This document shows, piece after piece, positions 1-9,785 of a stretch of 64,000 bases of DNA. The notes under the pieces are model-generated. The model was not told the DNA's origin and did not search any database. It was given only the letters and a program-made list of their open reading frames with translations. Within the stretch, counting starts at the first letter, position 1. Every line of letters begins with the position of its first letter. Source of the stretch: Gammaproteobacteria bacterium (GTDB taxonomy: Bacteria > Pseudomonadota > Gammaproteobacteria > Steroidobacterales > Rariloculaceae); the NCBI GenBank assembly GCA_036396795.1, contig DASWKF010000094.1, positions 33,061 to 97,060 on the forward strand, written 5' to 3'. A program made the position numbers and the translations under genes.

Positions 1-1
1 G

Positions 2-343
2 GTCCTGGTCAATCAGCGGCTGCCGGGACGCCATATGGCGGGTTACTGGGAGTTTCCGGGCGGCAAGCGGCGCGCAGGCGAGGCGCCGTTGGCCGCGCTC
101 AAGCGTGAGCTTGCCGAGGAGCTCGGCATCGAGGTGCTTGCGGCCGAGCCGTTCATGCGGCTGGCGCACGACTACGGCGATCGGCGGGTGGCGCTTAGCG
201 TTTGGGCCGTGCGGCGGTATTCGGGATTGCCGCGCGCCCTCGAGGGCCAGCCGCTCCGATGGCTTGCGCCTGCCGCGCTGGCGAAGCTCGAGCTGCTGCC
301 GGCCGACGCGGAGATCGTCGAGGCCTTAGCTCAAAGCGAATAG
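2..343 (+). CDS. mutT: 8-oxo-dGTP diphosphatase MutT / NUDIX hydrolase, 5'-truncated by window edge
   Basis: Frame open from nt 2. Nudix box visible: GYWEFPGGKRRAGEAPLAALKRELAEELGIEV. Position next to zapD-coaE matches enterobacterial synteny. Confidence 0.8.
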   Translation, partial: VLVNQRLPGRHMAGYWEFPGGKRRAGEAPLAALKRELAEELGIEVLAAEPFMRLAHDYGDRRVALSVWAVRRYSGLPRALEGQPLRWLAPAALAKLELLPADAEIVEALAQSE

Positions 344-1078
344 GAAACGAATGTCCTGGTTGATCTGCGTCGGACGCAGGTCGACGCCGTGCCACTTGAC
401 GAAGCGCACCGTGACACGGTGGCGTCCGGCTGAGATCTCCGGATAGAAATCCACGCCGCGCGGGATCGTCACGCGGACGAGGTTGGGCTGGACATTGCGC
501 TCCATCGTGTGTTGATACATACCGCCGCCGGCCAACCGCTCGACAGGCTCGCTGGTTTCGCGCACGAGCCAGGCGATCTCCGACACCGCATTGCAGACCG
601 GCTGTATGATCCGGGTCCAGCGCCCGAACTGCGCCGCTCGCTCGGCCTGCGGCAGCCGCAGCCAATAGGCGTAGTCGGGCAGATCGAACACGCAGGTGCC
701 GCCGGGGATCGAGCTGCGATGCTTGATGGTGTTGAGGAACTCGCAGTCCTTGAGCGCGTTCATGAAGTTCGGGCCGCTGTCCTTGATCGCGATCTTCAGG
801 TCGTTGACGTCGCTGAGCAGCTTTTGCAGGCGCTGCTGGTCGACGCCGCGCTGGCGGCCGTAGGCGGCGAGCAAAGTCGCCTGCCGCTCGAGCTCCTTGA
901 GCACGTCGGCGCGAACGTCGCCGCGGCCGAGTATCGCCATGATCTCGAGCAGGCTCGCGACCGCGGCCCGCGCGCTGAAGTCCCGGAGATTCTCGCCATG
1001 ATAGACCGCCTGCCGGTAGAGGAATTCGATCCTCAGAAAGGTCCGCATCCTCTCGGACAGCGGCTGCTCGAATTCCAT
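326..1078 (-). CDS. zapD: Cell division protein ZapD (YacF family)
   Basis: 250 aa from ATG 1078 (MEFEQPLSERMRTFLRIEFLY...), typical ZapD N-terminus and length. Sits downstream of coaE. The ORF-track N-terminal extension was trimmed. Confidence 0.85.
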   Translation of the reverse strand: MEFEQPLSERMRTFLRIEFLYRQAVYHGENLRDFSARAAVASLLEIMAILGRGDVRADVLKELERQATLLAAYGRQRGVDQQRLQKLLSDVNDLKIAIKDSGPNFMNALKDCEFLNTIKHRSSIPGGTCVFDLPDYAYWLRLPQAERAAQFGRWTRIIQPVCNAVSEIAWLVRETSEPVERLAGGGMYQHTMERNVQPNLVRVTIPRGVDFYPEISAGRHRVTVRFVKWHGVDLRPTQINQDIRFLFALS

Positions 1079-1204
1079 CGCGCCGGGGTCGGAGGACTCG
1101 CCGACGAGCTCGCTCGCGATACTAGAACCGGGCGCGGCCATGCGGGATGCTGAGATGGGCTCTAGACATGAGCCTATTCTGCGCGAGCCGGCGCGGATCG
1201 GCAA

Positions 1205-1801
1205 TCAATCGCCGGCGAGCTCCATGTATCGCGTATGCAGCGCGGCGACGCGCGTTTTCAATTGCTCGATATCGCCGCTGTTGTCGATGATGTCGTCGGC
1301 TTGCGACAGCCGCGCTCGCCTGTCGAGCTGAGCATCGAGCATCGCTTGCGCGTCCGACCCCTCGAGCCCGTCGCGGCGCTGCAAGCGCGCAAGCTGCGTC
1401 GCCTCCGGGCAATCGACGACGGCGGTGCGGTCCACAAGCGTATCGAAGCCGGTCTCGAACATCAGCGGTACGACGACGATCGCATAAGGCGCAGCGAGCT
1501 CGGCGAGGCGTTGCGCCGTGCGGGCGCGAATCAGCGGGTGCAGGATGGCCTCGAGACGTTTGCGTCGCTCGGGTTGGCGGAATACGAGCTCGCGCAGCGC
1601 GCGGCGATCGAGCTCTCCGGAGCTCTGGAGGATAGCGTCGCCGAATTCCGCCGCGACGGCCTCGAGCCCGGGCTCGCCGAAGTCGACGACCTCGCGTGCG
1701 ACCGCGTCGGTATCGACGATGCCGGCGCCGAGCTCCGCGAACAGCTTCGCCGCCGTGCTCTTGCCGCTGGCGACGCCGCCCGTCAGGCCGACGCGAAACA
1801 T
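1205..1801 (-). CDS. coaE: Dephospho-CoA kinase
   Basis: MFRVGLTGGVASGKST P-loop at the N-terminus, ~199 aa, directly downstream of pilD as in many gamma/beta-proteobacteria. Confidence 0.9.
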   Translation of the reverse strand: MFRVGLTGGVASGKSTAAKLFAELGAGIVDTDAVAREVVDFGEPGLEAVAAEFGDAILQSSGELDRRALRELVFRQPERRKRLEAILHPLIRARTAQRLAELAAPYAIVVVPLMFETGFDTLVDRTAVVDCPEATQLARLQRRDGLEGSDAQAMLDAQLDRRARLSQADDIIDNSGDIEQLKTRVAALHTRYMELAGD

Positions 1802-1832
1802 GCCGCCGAGGCCGCGCTCGAGTCGGGCGCGC

Positions 1833-2726
1833 TCAGAAGAAGGCCTCCACGTACCAGCGCGTGAGCTCTCCGCCCCAGAGCAAGGTGATCCAGCCGGCCG
1901 CCGCGAGATAAGGTCCGAAAGGTATCGGCGTCTGGCGGGACTTGCCACCGAGCGCCAGCAGTGCGCCGCCGAGCAGCGCGCCGACCGCGGCCGACAGCAG
2001 GATCACGAGCGGCAGCAGTTGCCAGCCCAGCCATGCGCCGAGCGCCGCGAGCAACTTGAAATCGCCGTAGCCCATGCCCTCCTTGCCGGTCGCGAGCTTG
2101 AACAGCTGGTAGACCGACCAGAGGCTCAAATACCCCGCGGCGGCGCCGATCACGGCCGAGTTGAGGTCCGTGAACAGCGGCTCGCCGGCGCCGCTCAGAG
2201 CGGCGACGAGCAGACCCGCCCAGAGCAGCGGCAAGGTCAGCGAATCCGGCAGATACTGACGGTCGATGTCGATGAGGCTGAGCGCGAGCAACGTCCAGGT
2301 AACCGGAAGCAGGATCAGCGTCTGCCAGCTGGGCCCGAAAACCGAAACCACGGCGAGCCCGAGCAACGCGGCGCCGGCTTCGACGAGCGGGTAGCGCGCC
2401 GAGATCGTCGCGCCGCAGTGCCGGCAACGCCCGCGCAGGCTCAGGTAGCTCACCAGCGGAACGTTGTCGTAGGCGGCCACGGAGGCGCCGCAGCTCGGGC
2501 AGCCGGAGCGTGGCCGCCATAGATCGAAGGCTTGCCCTTCTTCGGCGTGCGGCGGCTCTTTGAGCTGCTCCGCGGCGAGCTCCGCGCATTGCCGCCGCCA
2601 GGCACGCTCCATCATGATCGGCAGCCGATAAGCGACGACGTTGAGGAAGCTGCCGACGAGCAGGCCCATGAGCCCGACGGCGATGAACAGCACGCCCGGA
2701 TAGAGCTCGAGAAACTCGGCGTACAT
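1833..2726 (-). CDS. pilD: Prepilin leader peptidase / N-methyltransferase PilD
   Basis: 297 aa polytopic membrane protein. N-terminal Cys pairs (CPSCG...CRHCG) and a GMGYGDFKLLAALG aspartyl-protease motif. Confidence 0.92.
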   Translation of the reverse strand: MYAEFLELYPGVLFIAVGLMGLLVGSFLNVVAYRLPIMMERAWRRQCAELAAEQLKEPPHAEEGQAFDLWRPRSGCPSCGASVAAYDNVPLVSYLSLRGRCRHCGATISARYPLVEAGAALLGLAVVSVFGPSWQTLILLPVTWTLLALSLIDIDRQYLPDSLTLPLLWAGLLVAALSGAGEPLFTDLNSAVIGAAAGYLSLWSVYQLFKLATGKEGMGYGDFKLLAALGAWLGWQLLPLVILLSAAVGALLGGALLALGGKSRQTPIPFGPYLAAAGWITLLWGGELTRWYVEAFF

Positions 2727-2744
2727 CCGCCGGAGCTGCCCGGG

Positions 2745-3965
2745 TTAGACGACTTGCCCCATCTTGAAGATCGGCAGGTACATGGCGATGACGAGACCGC
2801 CGACGAGCACACCGAGTATCGACATGATCAGCGGCTCGAGCAGGCTCGACATGCTGTCGACGGCGTTGTCGACCTCTTCCTCGTAGAAATCCGCGACCTT
2901 GCTCGCCATCTCATCGAGCGAGCCCGACTCCTCGCCGACGGCGATCATTTGATTCACCATGTTGGGGAACAGATTGGTGTTCTCCATCGCGCGCTGCAGG
3001 CGCTGGCCGGTCGCGACCTCGTCGCGCATCCTGAGCACGGCTTCCTCGTAGATGATGTTGCCGGTGGCGCCGGCGACGGATTCGAGCGCCTCGACCAGCG
3101 GCACGCCGGCAGCGAAAGTCGTTGCCAGGGTGCGCGAATAGCGGGCCACGGCGGACTTGTTCAGGATCACGCCGATGACCGGAATCTTGAGGCTCACGCG
3201 GTCGACGAAATGATGCACGGCGCGGTAACGCTTCTTCGCATGCAGAAATCCGACCACGCCGCCGACGATGAGCGCCAGCAGCAGCCAGCCGGTGGTTCTG
3301 ACGAAATTGGAGATGTCGATCACGAGGCGGGTGAAGGCCGGCAGATCGGCGCCGAAGCCTTGGAACAACGATTCGAACTCCGGGATCACGAAGATCATCA
3401 GGATCGCCGTGACGACGAGCGCGACCACGACGACCGCCGCTGGATAGAACAGCGCCTTCTTGATCTTTTTCTTGATCGCCTCGGTCTTTTCCTTATAGGT
3501 CGCGATCTTGTCGAGCAGCGTCTCGAGCGCACCGGCCTGCTCGCCGGCGGCGACCAGATTGACGAAGAGGTCGTCGAAGTGCATCGGATGCTTGGCCAGG
3601 GCGGCGGCGAGCGCGGTGCCGCCCTCGACATCGGACTTGATCGCGAGGATCAGCTTCTGCATCGCCGGGTTGTCGTGGCCGGCACCGACGATCTCGAAGG
3701 CCTGCACCATGGGGATACCGGCGCTCATCATCGTCGCGAGCTGCCGCGAGAACACCGCGATGTCCGCGGGCGTGACCTTGCCCCTCTTGACGAAAAGCTG
3801 CGACTGCTTGCGCACTCTCGTCGGCATGACGCCCTGGCGTCGCAGCTCGCTGCGCAGCAGCGCCTCGCTCGCGGCCACGGTCTTGCCGCGGATCTTCTTG
3901 CCGGCGCGGTCGGTGCCTTCCCAGGTGAACGGAAATTGTCTGGTTGCTATTGCGGATTGAGCCAT
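2745..3965 (-). CDS. pilC: Type IV pilus platform protein PilC (GspF family)
   Basis: About 406 aa, duplicated GspF-type domains with three TM segments, between pilB and pilD. ATG at 3965 preferred over TTG at 3974. Confidence 0.92.
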   Translation of the reverse strand: MAQSAIATRQFPFTWEGTDRAGKKIRGKTVAASEALLRSELRRQGVMPTRVRKQSQLFVKRGKVTPADIAVFSRQLATMMSAGIPMVQAFEIVGAGHDNPAMQKLILAIKSDVEGGTALAAALAKHPMHFDDLFVNLVAAGEQAGALETLLDKIATYKEKTEAIKKKIKKALFYPAAVVVVALVVTAILMIFVIPEFESLFQGFGADLPAFTRLVIDISNFVRTTGWLLLALIVGGVVGFLHAKKRYRAVHHFVDRVSLKIPVIGVILNKSAVARYSRTLATTFAAGVPLVEALESVAGATGNIIYEEAVLRMRDEVATGQRLQRAMENTNLFPNMVNQMIAVGEESGSLDEMASKVADFYEEEVDNAVDSMSSLLEPLIMSILGVLVGGLVIAMYLPIFKMGQVV

Positions 3966-4007
3966 CGTTGCCAAATCTCCTGGGTTGCCCGCGTCGGTGG
4001 AATCGAG

Positions 4008-5729
4008 CTACTCGATTGTAACCCGGTTGATCTCCTCCAAGCTGGTAAGGCCGTCCTTGACTTTCTTGAGCCCGGATTGCCTCAGGTCCGGGATCGAATC
4101 GGCGGCGGCTTGGTCCGCTATCTGCATCGCGTTGCCGCCTTCCATGATGATCCGACCGATGGCATCGGTCACGGGCATGACTTGATAGATGCCGACGCGA
4201 CCCTTGTAGCCGGCCGTGCATTGACTGCAGCCCTTGGCATGGAAGATCGCCAGGCCCTTGCCGATGTCGGCTTCGGTGAAGCCTTCCTTGAGCAGCGCCT
4301 CGGTCGGGACGTCGACGGGCTCCTTGCAGTTGGAGCAGAGCCTGCGCGCCAGCCTCTGGGCGATGATCAGGCTCACCGAGCTTGCGATCGCGTAGGGCTT
4401 GACGCCCATGTCGACGAGCCTCGTCAAGGTCTTGGGCGCGTCGTTGGTATGCAGGGTCGAGAGCACCAGATGGCCCGTCTGCGCCGCCTTGATCGCGATC
4501 TCGGCGGTTTCGAGGTCGCGGATCTCGCCGACCATGATGATGTCGGGGTCCTGGCGCAGGAAGGCGCGCAGCGCCGAGGCGAAGGTCAGGCCGACGCGCG
4601 GGTTGACGTTGACCTGGTTGACGCCGGGCATGTTGATCTCGGCCGGATCCTCGGCGGTCGAGATGTTGCGGTCCTGCGTGTTGAGAATGTTGAGCCCCGT
4701 ATACAACGACACGGTCTTGCCGCTGCCCGTGGGGCCGGTGACGAGAATCATGCCGTAGGGCTTGGCGAGCTGCTCCAGATACAGCCTCTTCTGAAAATCC
4801 TCGTAGCCCAGAGCGTCGATGCCGAGCTGGGCGCTGGCCGGATCGAGCAGACGGCAGACGACCTTCTCGCCGAACAAGGTCGGGCAGGTATTGACGCGAA
4901 AGTCGATCGCGCGGTTCTTCGACAGCCGCAGCTTGATGCGGCCGTCCTGAGGCACGCGCCGCTCGGCGATGTCGAGCCTCGCCATGACCTTGAGGCGCGC
5001 GGCGACCTTGATCGCCAACGCCGCCGGCGGGCGCGCGACCTCGGCCAGCACCCCGTCCTGCCGCACGCGGATGCGGAAGTATTTCTCGTACGGCTCGAAG
5101 TGAATGTCCGACGCGCCGCGCTTGATCGCGTCGATCATGACCTTGTTGACGAAGCGCACCACCGGCGCGTCGTCGATGTCGGCGCGCGAAACCTCCTCGC
5201 CGCGATCCTCGTCGCCGCCGGAGATCTCGAGATTCTCGAGGTCGAAGTCGCCCTCCTCGAAGGACGACATGCTGGTGTCGACGGCCTCGATCGCCTTGGA
5301 GACGTGGCGGTCGAGCTTGTTCTGCTCGACGACGATGGGCTCGACCCTGAGGCTGGTCTGAAAGCCGATGTCGTCGAGGGCCTGGAGAGTGGTCGGGTCG
5401 GAGACGCCGACGTAGAGGCGCTTGCCGCGCTGCATCAGCGGCAGCACGCGGTGGCGGCTCAGGAGCTTTTCCGAGACCAGCTTGACGACGTCGAGATCGA
5501 CCTCGACGGCGTCCAGATCGAGCAGCGGCACGCCGAACTCGTGAGCCGCAGCGACCGCGATCTTGCGCGGATCGCCGAGGTCGTTGGCCACCAGATAGGC
5601 GACCAGCGAGCCGCTCTTCCCCTTGGTCGCTTCGAGGGCCTGGTTGAGCGCGTCCTCGGAGACGACGCTGTCCTGGACCAGTCGCCTGGGCAGTCCGGTC
5701 AGGGGGCCTAGAGTTGCGGTCGCGGCCAT
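4008..5729 (-). CDS. pilB: Type IV pilus assembly ATPase PilB
   Basis: 573 aa. Walker A GPTGSGKT, GspE-type N-terminal domain and a tetracysteine region (CSNC...CSQC). Confidence 0.93.
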   Translation of the reverse strand: MAATATLGPLTGLPRRLVQDSVVSEDALNQALEATKGKSGSLVAYLVANDLGDPRKIAVAAAHEFGVPLLDLDAVEVDLDVVKLVSEKLLSRHRVLPLMQRGKRLYVGVSDPTTLQALDDIGFQTSLRVEPIVVEQNKLDRHVSKAIEAVDTSMSSFEEGDFDLENLEISGGDEDRGEEVSRADIDDAPVVRFVNKVMIDAIKRGASDIHFEPYEKYFRIRVRQDGVLAEVARPPAALAIKVAARLKVMARLDIAERRVPQDGRIKLRLSKNRAIDFRVNTCPTLFGEKVVCRLLDPASAQLGIDALGYEDFQKRLYLEQLAKPYGMILVTGPTGSGKTVSLYTGLNILNTQDRNISTAEDPAEINMPGVNQVNVNPRVGLTFASALRAFLRQDPDIIMVGEIRDLETAEIAIKAAQTGHLVLSTLHTNDAPKTLTRLVDMGVKPYAIASSVSLIIAQRLARRLCSNCKEPVDVPTEALLKEGFTEADIGKGLAIFHAKGCSQCTAGYKGRVGIYQVMPVTDAIGRIIMEGGNAMQIADQAAADSIPDLRQSGLKKVKDGLTSLEEINRVTIE

Positions 5730-5861
5730 ACAGGGGCTCTACGTAAAGCTTTCGGAGTCTTTTGACGACAAACGGATACTTTCAACGCTGCTCGTGAGCC
5801 TGTCAACCGGGCGCTTCTCCATTTGTGACAGAGGTTTAGATGTGCGCCGGGCTTCGGGCAA

Positions 5862-5897
5862 ACGAAAAAGGGCTCCCGCGCTGCCGCGGGAGCCCTT
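5862..5897 (-). terminator. Intrinsic terminator downstream of pilA
   Basis: Minus strand reads AAGGGCTCCCGCG-GCAG-CGCGGGAGCCCTT followed by TTTCGTTT: a 13-bp perfect GC-rich stem, 4-nt loop and T-rich tail, ~40 nt after the pilA stop. Confidence 0.75.
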
Positions 5898-5934
5898 GGA
5901 TTCCGCCGTTCGGCGGAGCGGTTTCCGTCAAGAA

Positions 5935-6438
5935 TTACGGACGGCAAGCCGCCGGCATATACTGGTCAAGGAGAGTCGGCGCGACATACGCGGTAGCCGC
6001 ACCGCCGGAGGTCCCCATGAGGGCCGCGCCCGTAGGTGCCGGAGCATTTCCACAGCGCCAGACCACGCTCAGGTCGACGGATTCGTACGGCGTGATGGTC
6101 AACGTATCTCCAGCGATCTGTGCGTTGACCTCGGGACCACCGTAGGTAATAGTGATCACGCCATCTAAGACGCCCACGCTCGAAACGTACTTTCCGCTCG
6201 TGTCGGCCGCATTGGGGGACATGCCAGCGTCCGTCCGATCATCCGGGGGCACGCCCTCGTTCAAGAAGTCTTCTGCCACGGCGGTCTTCGCGGCGGCGGC
6301 CAGGCTCAAGCCTTCGGACACCTGCGCGCGAATCGTGTAGTCCTGATAGGCGGGAATCGCGATCGCGGCCAAAATGCCGATGATGGCGACGACGATCATC
6401 AACTCGATGAGCGTGAAGCCCTTTTGCAACGTTCTCAT
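5935..6438 (-). CDS. pilA: Type IVa major pilin PilA
   Basis: [34 protein letters not shown]: class III signal peptide (G|FTLIELM) and hydrophobic alpha1 helix. C-terminal Cys pair. GAGGAG Shine-Dalgarno upstream of ATG 6438. Confidence 0.9.
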   Translation of the reverse strand: MRTLQKGFTLIELMIVVAIIGILAAIAIPAYQDYTIRAQVSEGLSLAAAAKTAVAEDFLNEGVPPDDRTDAGMSPNAADTSGKYVSSVGVLDGVITITYGGPEVNAQIAGDTLTITPYESVDLSVVWRCGNAPAPTGAALMGTSGGAATAYVAPTLLDQYMPAACRP

Positions 6439-6513
6439 GGATATAGCTCCTCTAAGCGAAATAGGGTCATCGAAAGAATTCAACGTGGCGCAAGGCCGCC
6501 GCTTGCCGATAAG

Positions 6514-6529
6514 TGCAATCGCCGTGCCA
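6514..6529 (-). promoter_or_regulatory. Sigma-54 (-24/-12) promoter for pilA
   Basis: Minus strand reads TTGGCACGGCGATTGCACTT, an exact TGGCAC-N5-TTGCA match, ~75 nt upstream of the pilA ATG. The sigma-54 activator pilR lies immediately upstream. Confidence 0.75.
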
Positions 6530-6680
6530 ACCGTGCGGCGACCAATCGGAAAAAATGTAAATTCATGGACTTAGACGTGTCACTCCAGGTTGCCACCGTG
6601 CCGATTGAACATATTGCCCCAGCAGCGGGCCGAGGCTTAGCCGAATATGCGGCACAAACTGACCAAAATTGTCACCCCGC

Positions 6681-8006
6681 CTACTCGATGCCGAGCTTCT
6701 TGACGCGATAGCGCAGCGCCCGAAAGCTGATGCCGAGCAGCTTCGCGGCCGCGGTCTTGTTGTAGCGTGTCTGCTCGAGCGCCTTGACGATCGCGTCGCG
6801 CTCGATGTCCTCGAGCTGCGTTTCCAGCGGCGCATCTTCGTCGAGGCCTGCATGAGCGTCCTGAGCGTCGGTGCGAAGCTGAATGTCGCCGACGTCGATC
6901 GTAAGACCCGAGGCCAAGGTCATCGCGCGCTCGAGGATGTTCTCGAGCTCGCGAACGTTGCCCGGAAAGCGGTAAGCGAGCAGTGCTTTCTCGGCCGCCG
7001 GCGTCAGCTTAGGCTCGGGCACGCCGAGCTCGACCGAGAGCCGGGTCAGGAACTCGCCGGCGAGCAGCAGCATGTCGCGGCCGCGGTCGCGGAGCGGCGG
7101 CACGTGAAGCTCGATGACGTTGATCCGATAATAGAGGTCCTCGCGGAACTCGCCGCGACCGACGAGCTCGCCAAGCTCGCGGTGGGTGGCGCTCAGGATG
7201 CGCACGTCGACGGGAATCTCGGTAGCGCTGCCGACCGGACGCACGTTCTTCTCCTGGATCACGCGCAGCAGCTTGACCTGCATGTGCAGCGGCAGGTCGG
7301 CGACCTCGTCGAGAAACAAGGTGCCGCCCTCAGCCGACTGCACCAGACCGGTCTTATCGCCGACCGCGCCGGTGAAGCTGCCCTTGCGGTGGCCGAAGAG
7401 CTCGCTTTCCATGAGCTCGGTCGGGATGGCGCCGCAGTTGATCGGCACGAACGGGCCGTCGCGGCGCGGGCCCGCCTCGTGGATCATGCGCGCGACCAGC
7501 TCCTTGCCGGTGCCGGATTCCCCGGAGATGTGCACGGGCGCCTGGCTGCGGGCGACCTTCACGATCATGCTGCGGACGTCGGCGATCGCCTGCGAGCCGC
7601 CGATCAGGGCGTGCGTCACGGCGCCTTTCAGCGCGCTCGCACCCCTGAGCCGCAATGCCGCCGTGACGAGCTTGCGCAGGTCGTTGAGATCCAGAGGCTT
7701 GGAGACGAAATCGAACGCGCCGAGCTTGAGCGCTTTGACGGCGGTCGCGACGCTGCCGTGGGCGGTGATCACGGCAACGGGCGTGCCGGCGCTCTCGAGC
7801 TGTATCCATTCGACGAGCTCGAGGCCGTCGCCGTCGGGCAGGCGCATGTCGGTCAGACAGAGGTCGTAGGCCTGTTGCTTGAGCAGGCGCTTGGCGCTCG
7901 CGACGTCCTCGCAGGCTCTGGTCGCGATGTCCATACGCTCGAGCGTGATCGACAAGAGCTCGCGGATGTCGGGCTCGTCGTCGACGACGAGAGCGGTGGG
8001 CTTCAT
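6681..8006 (-). CDS. pilR: Sigma-54-dependent response regulator PilR (NtrC family)
   Basis: Receiver domain (VVDDEPDIRELL...D...K), AAA+ domain with GESGTGKE and the GSFTGA sigma-54 contact motif, C-terminal Fis-type HTH. Confidence 0.92.
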   Translation of the reverse strand: MKPTALVVDDEPDIRELLSITLERMDIATRACEDVASAKRLLKQQAYDLCLTDMRLPDGDGLELVEWIQLESAGTPVAVITAHGSVATAVKALKLGAFDFVSKPLDLNDLRKLVTAALRLRGASALKGAVTHALIGGSQAIADVRSMIVKVARSQAPVHISGESGTGKELVARMIHEAGPRRDGPFVPINCGAIPTELMESELFGHRKGSFTGAVGDKTGLVQSAEGGTLFLDEVADLPLHMQVKLLRVIQEKNVRPVGSATEIPVDVRILSATHRELGELVGRGEFREDLYYRINVIELHVPPLRDRGRDMLLLAGEFLTRLSVELGVPEPKLTPAAEKALLAYRFPGNVRELENILERAMTLASGLTIDVGDIQLRTDAQDAHAGLDEDAPLETQLEDIERDAIVKALEQTRYNKTAAAKLLGISFRALRYRVKKLGIE

Positions 8007-8016
8007 GGGGCCTTGC

Positions 8017-9684
8017 TCACTGCCAGCGATTGAGATCGGCGAAAACGATGCGAAACACGCTGCCGCCGCCGGCGCGCGGCTGATAGCTCAAGGAAGCGCC
8101 GTTCGAGTCGCAGAGCTCGCGGGAGATAAAGAGCCCGAGGCCGGTGCCGCCGTCCTTGCCGGTATAAAACGGCTCGAAAACCTCCTCGGCCTTGTCCGGA
8201 TCGATGCCGGGGCCGCGGTCGGCGATCTCCAGAAACACCCTCCCCGAGTGCTCGAGGCGGCCGCCGCTGATCTCCACCGCGATCGCGCCGGCGGTCGCGC
8301 TCGCGTATTTGACGGCGTTGTCGCAGAGGTTCCAGACGACCTGGTGCAGATGCGTCGGGTCCATGCGCGCGACCAGATCATCCGGGCACTGGGTGCAGCC
8401 GACCGCCGCTTCGAACAGCTCCAGAGTCTGCACGAACTCGCGACAGAACTGCATGAGCCACGGCGCAAGCTCGATGCGTTCGGGCCGCGTCGTCTGGCGC
8501 CGCGACAGCGCCAGAATGCTCTCGACGATCTGGCTGACGCGCGTTGAGTTGACGCGAATGATGTCGGTGAGGCGCTTCTCGTCGCTGCCGATCGTCGGTG
8601 ATTCCGCGAGCAGCTGGCCCGCATGGCTCATGGCGCCGATGGGGTTGCGGATCTCGTGCGCGATGCTCGCCGAGAGCCTTCCCAGCGACGCGAGCTTGAT
8701 GTTCTGAGTGCGCTCGGCGAGCATCGACATGTCCTCGAGGAAGATCAGCGTGCCCCCCGTGCGTTCGCCGCCGAGCCCGGCGAAATGCGGCCGGATGGTC
8801 GAGGCGCCGTCGGCGGAGCTGAATTGCGCCGGCGGCTTGCCCGGCGGACGCCCTTGCACGCGCCAGACCTCGAGCCGGTTGGCGAGCTCGGGGGAGACCT
8901 CGCGCAACGGTTGCCCGGCTCGCCGGCTCGCCGCGCCCAGATGTATCGCCGCGGAATCGTTCATGAGCCGAACGCGGTCGTCGCCGTCGACCACGACGAT
9001 GCTCTCGCGCAGGTGCCGAACGATATATTGGTTGAGCTCGGCCAGATTGCGCAGGTCGACGCCGCGCTGCTCGGCGAGCGCCTCCGTTTCGCGCATCCGG
9101 TGCCGCAGCGCCTGCACCAAAGCGGTGATGACGAAGATCACGGCGCCGAGGATGCCGGCCGGCGCGTATTGCGCGGTGCCGGCCGAACCCTGCAAAAGCA
9201 ACGTCGTCTGCGCGCCGAGTATCGTCAGCGTGGCCAGCGCGGCCATCAGGAAGGCCTGCTCGCCGTTGACCAGCAGCGCGAGCACACCGATCGACACGAT
9301 CAACAACCCGCCGATGCCGCTGGACACGCCGCCGCTGGCATGCATCAGCAGCGTGATCGTGGCGATATCGAGCGCAACTTGCAGGAAGATCTGCGCCGCC
9401 GCCGAGGGTTGGCGGAGACGGATGAGCCAGACGTTGGCGACGCTCGAGCTCATCATCGCCAGCATCGCGCCCAGCGCCAGGCGCGGATTGACGTCGCCGA
9501 CGATCGTCGGATCGCGGATCAGGAAAAATGCGGCGAGCAGCAGCGCGCTCAATCCGAGCCGGAACAGATTCAGAAGCCCGAGGACCCGCCAGGCGAAGTC
9601 CTCCGACCCCGGCACGGCGGCCGGGCCGCGGGTGGGCCGGATCGAGACCGTATCCCGGCTATCGAGGGCTTCGACGGCGGACAT
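8017..9684 (-). CDS. pilS: Sensor histidine kinase PilS
   Basis: Multi-TM N-terminus, PAS-like linker, H-box SASIAHEIRNPI, and N/G boxes (DNAVKY, DRGPGI, GTGLGL). ATG 9684 preferred; alternative TTG at 9714. Confidence 0.85.
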   Translation of the reverse strand: MSAVEALDSRDTVSIRPTRGPAAVPGSEDFAWRVLGLLNLFRLGLSALLLAAFFLIRDPTIVGDVNPRLALGAMLAMMSSSVANVWLIRLRQPSAAAQIFLQVALDIATITLLMHASGGVSSGIGGLLIVSIGVLALLVNGEQAFLMAALATLTILGAQTTLLLQGSAGTAQYAPAGILGAVIFVITALVQALRHRMRETEALAEQRGVDLRNLAELNQYIVRHLRESIVVVDGDDRVRLMNDSAAIHLGAASRRAGQPLREVSPELANRLEVWRVQGRPPGKPPAQFSSADGASTIRPHFAGLGGERTGGTLIFLEDMSMLAERTQNIKLASLGRLSASIAHEIRNPIGAMSHAGQLLAESPTIGSDEKRLTDIIRVNSTRVSQIVESILALSRRQTTRPERIELAPWLMQFCREFVQTLELFEAAVGCTQCPDDLVARMDPTHLHQVVWNLCDNAVKYASATAGAIAVEISGGRLEHSGRVFLEIADRGPGIDPDKAEEVFEPFYTGKDGGTGLGLFISRELCDSNGASLSYQPRAGGGSVFRIVFADLNRWQ

Positions 9685-9785
9685 TGCGCGGAATTTTACC
9701 TGATTGGCGCTCAAGCACCGGAACGCAGTTCACTTTGCCGGGGTATTTATGGACAATACCGCCGCGCTCCGTCTCGAGGCATCCC

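Noticed and set aside
1079-1204. Looked for yacG (small zinc-finger gyrase inhibitor), expected between coaE/zapD and mutT by enterobacterial synteny
   Set aside because: No CxxC...CxxC small ORF fits in the 126-nt coaE-zapD gap or at the zapD/mutT convergent overlap. It is simply absent here and not informative.
2532-5711. 1059-aa ORF on the plus strand
   Set aside because: It runs entirely antisense to pilC and pilB, which have unmistakable family motifs. Its composition is dominated by Arg/Ala/Gly/Asp/His/Leu, as expected for the reverse frame of high-GC genes.
9528-9785. N-terminal 86-codon extension of sucC
   Set aside because: The canonical SucC N-terminus (M)NLHEYQSK begins at TTG 9786. 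The extension would overlap the pilS promoter region and start, and has artefactual composition.
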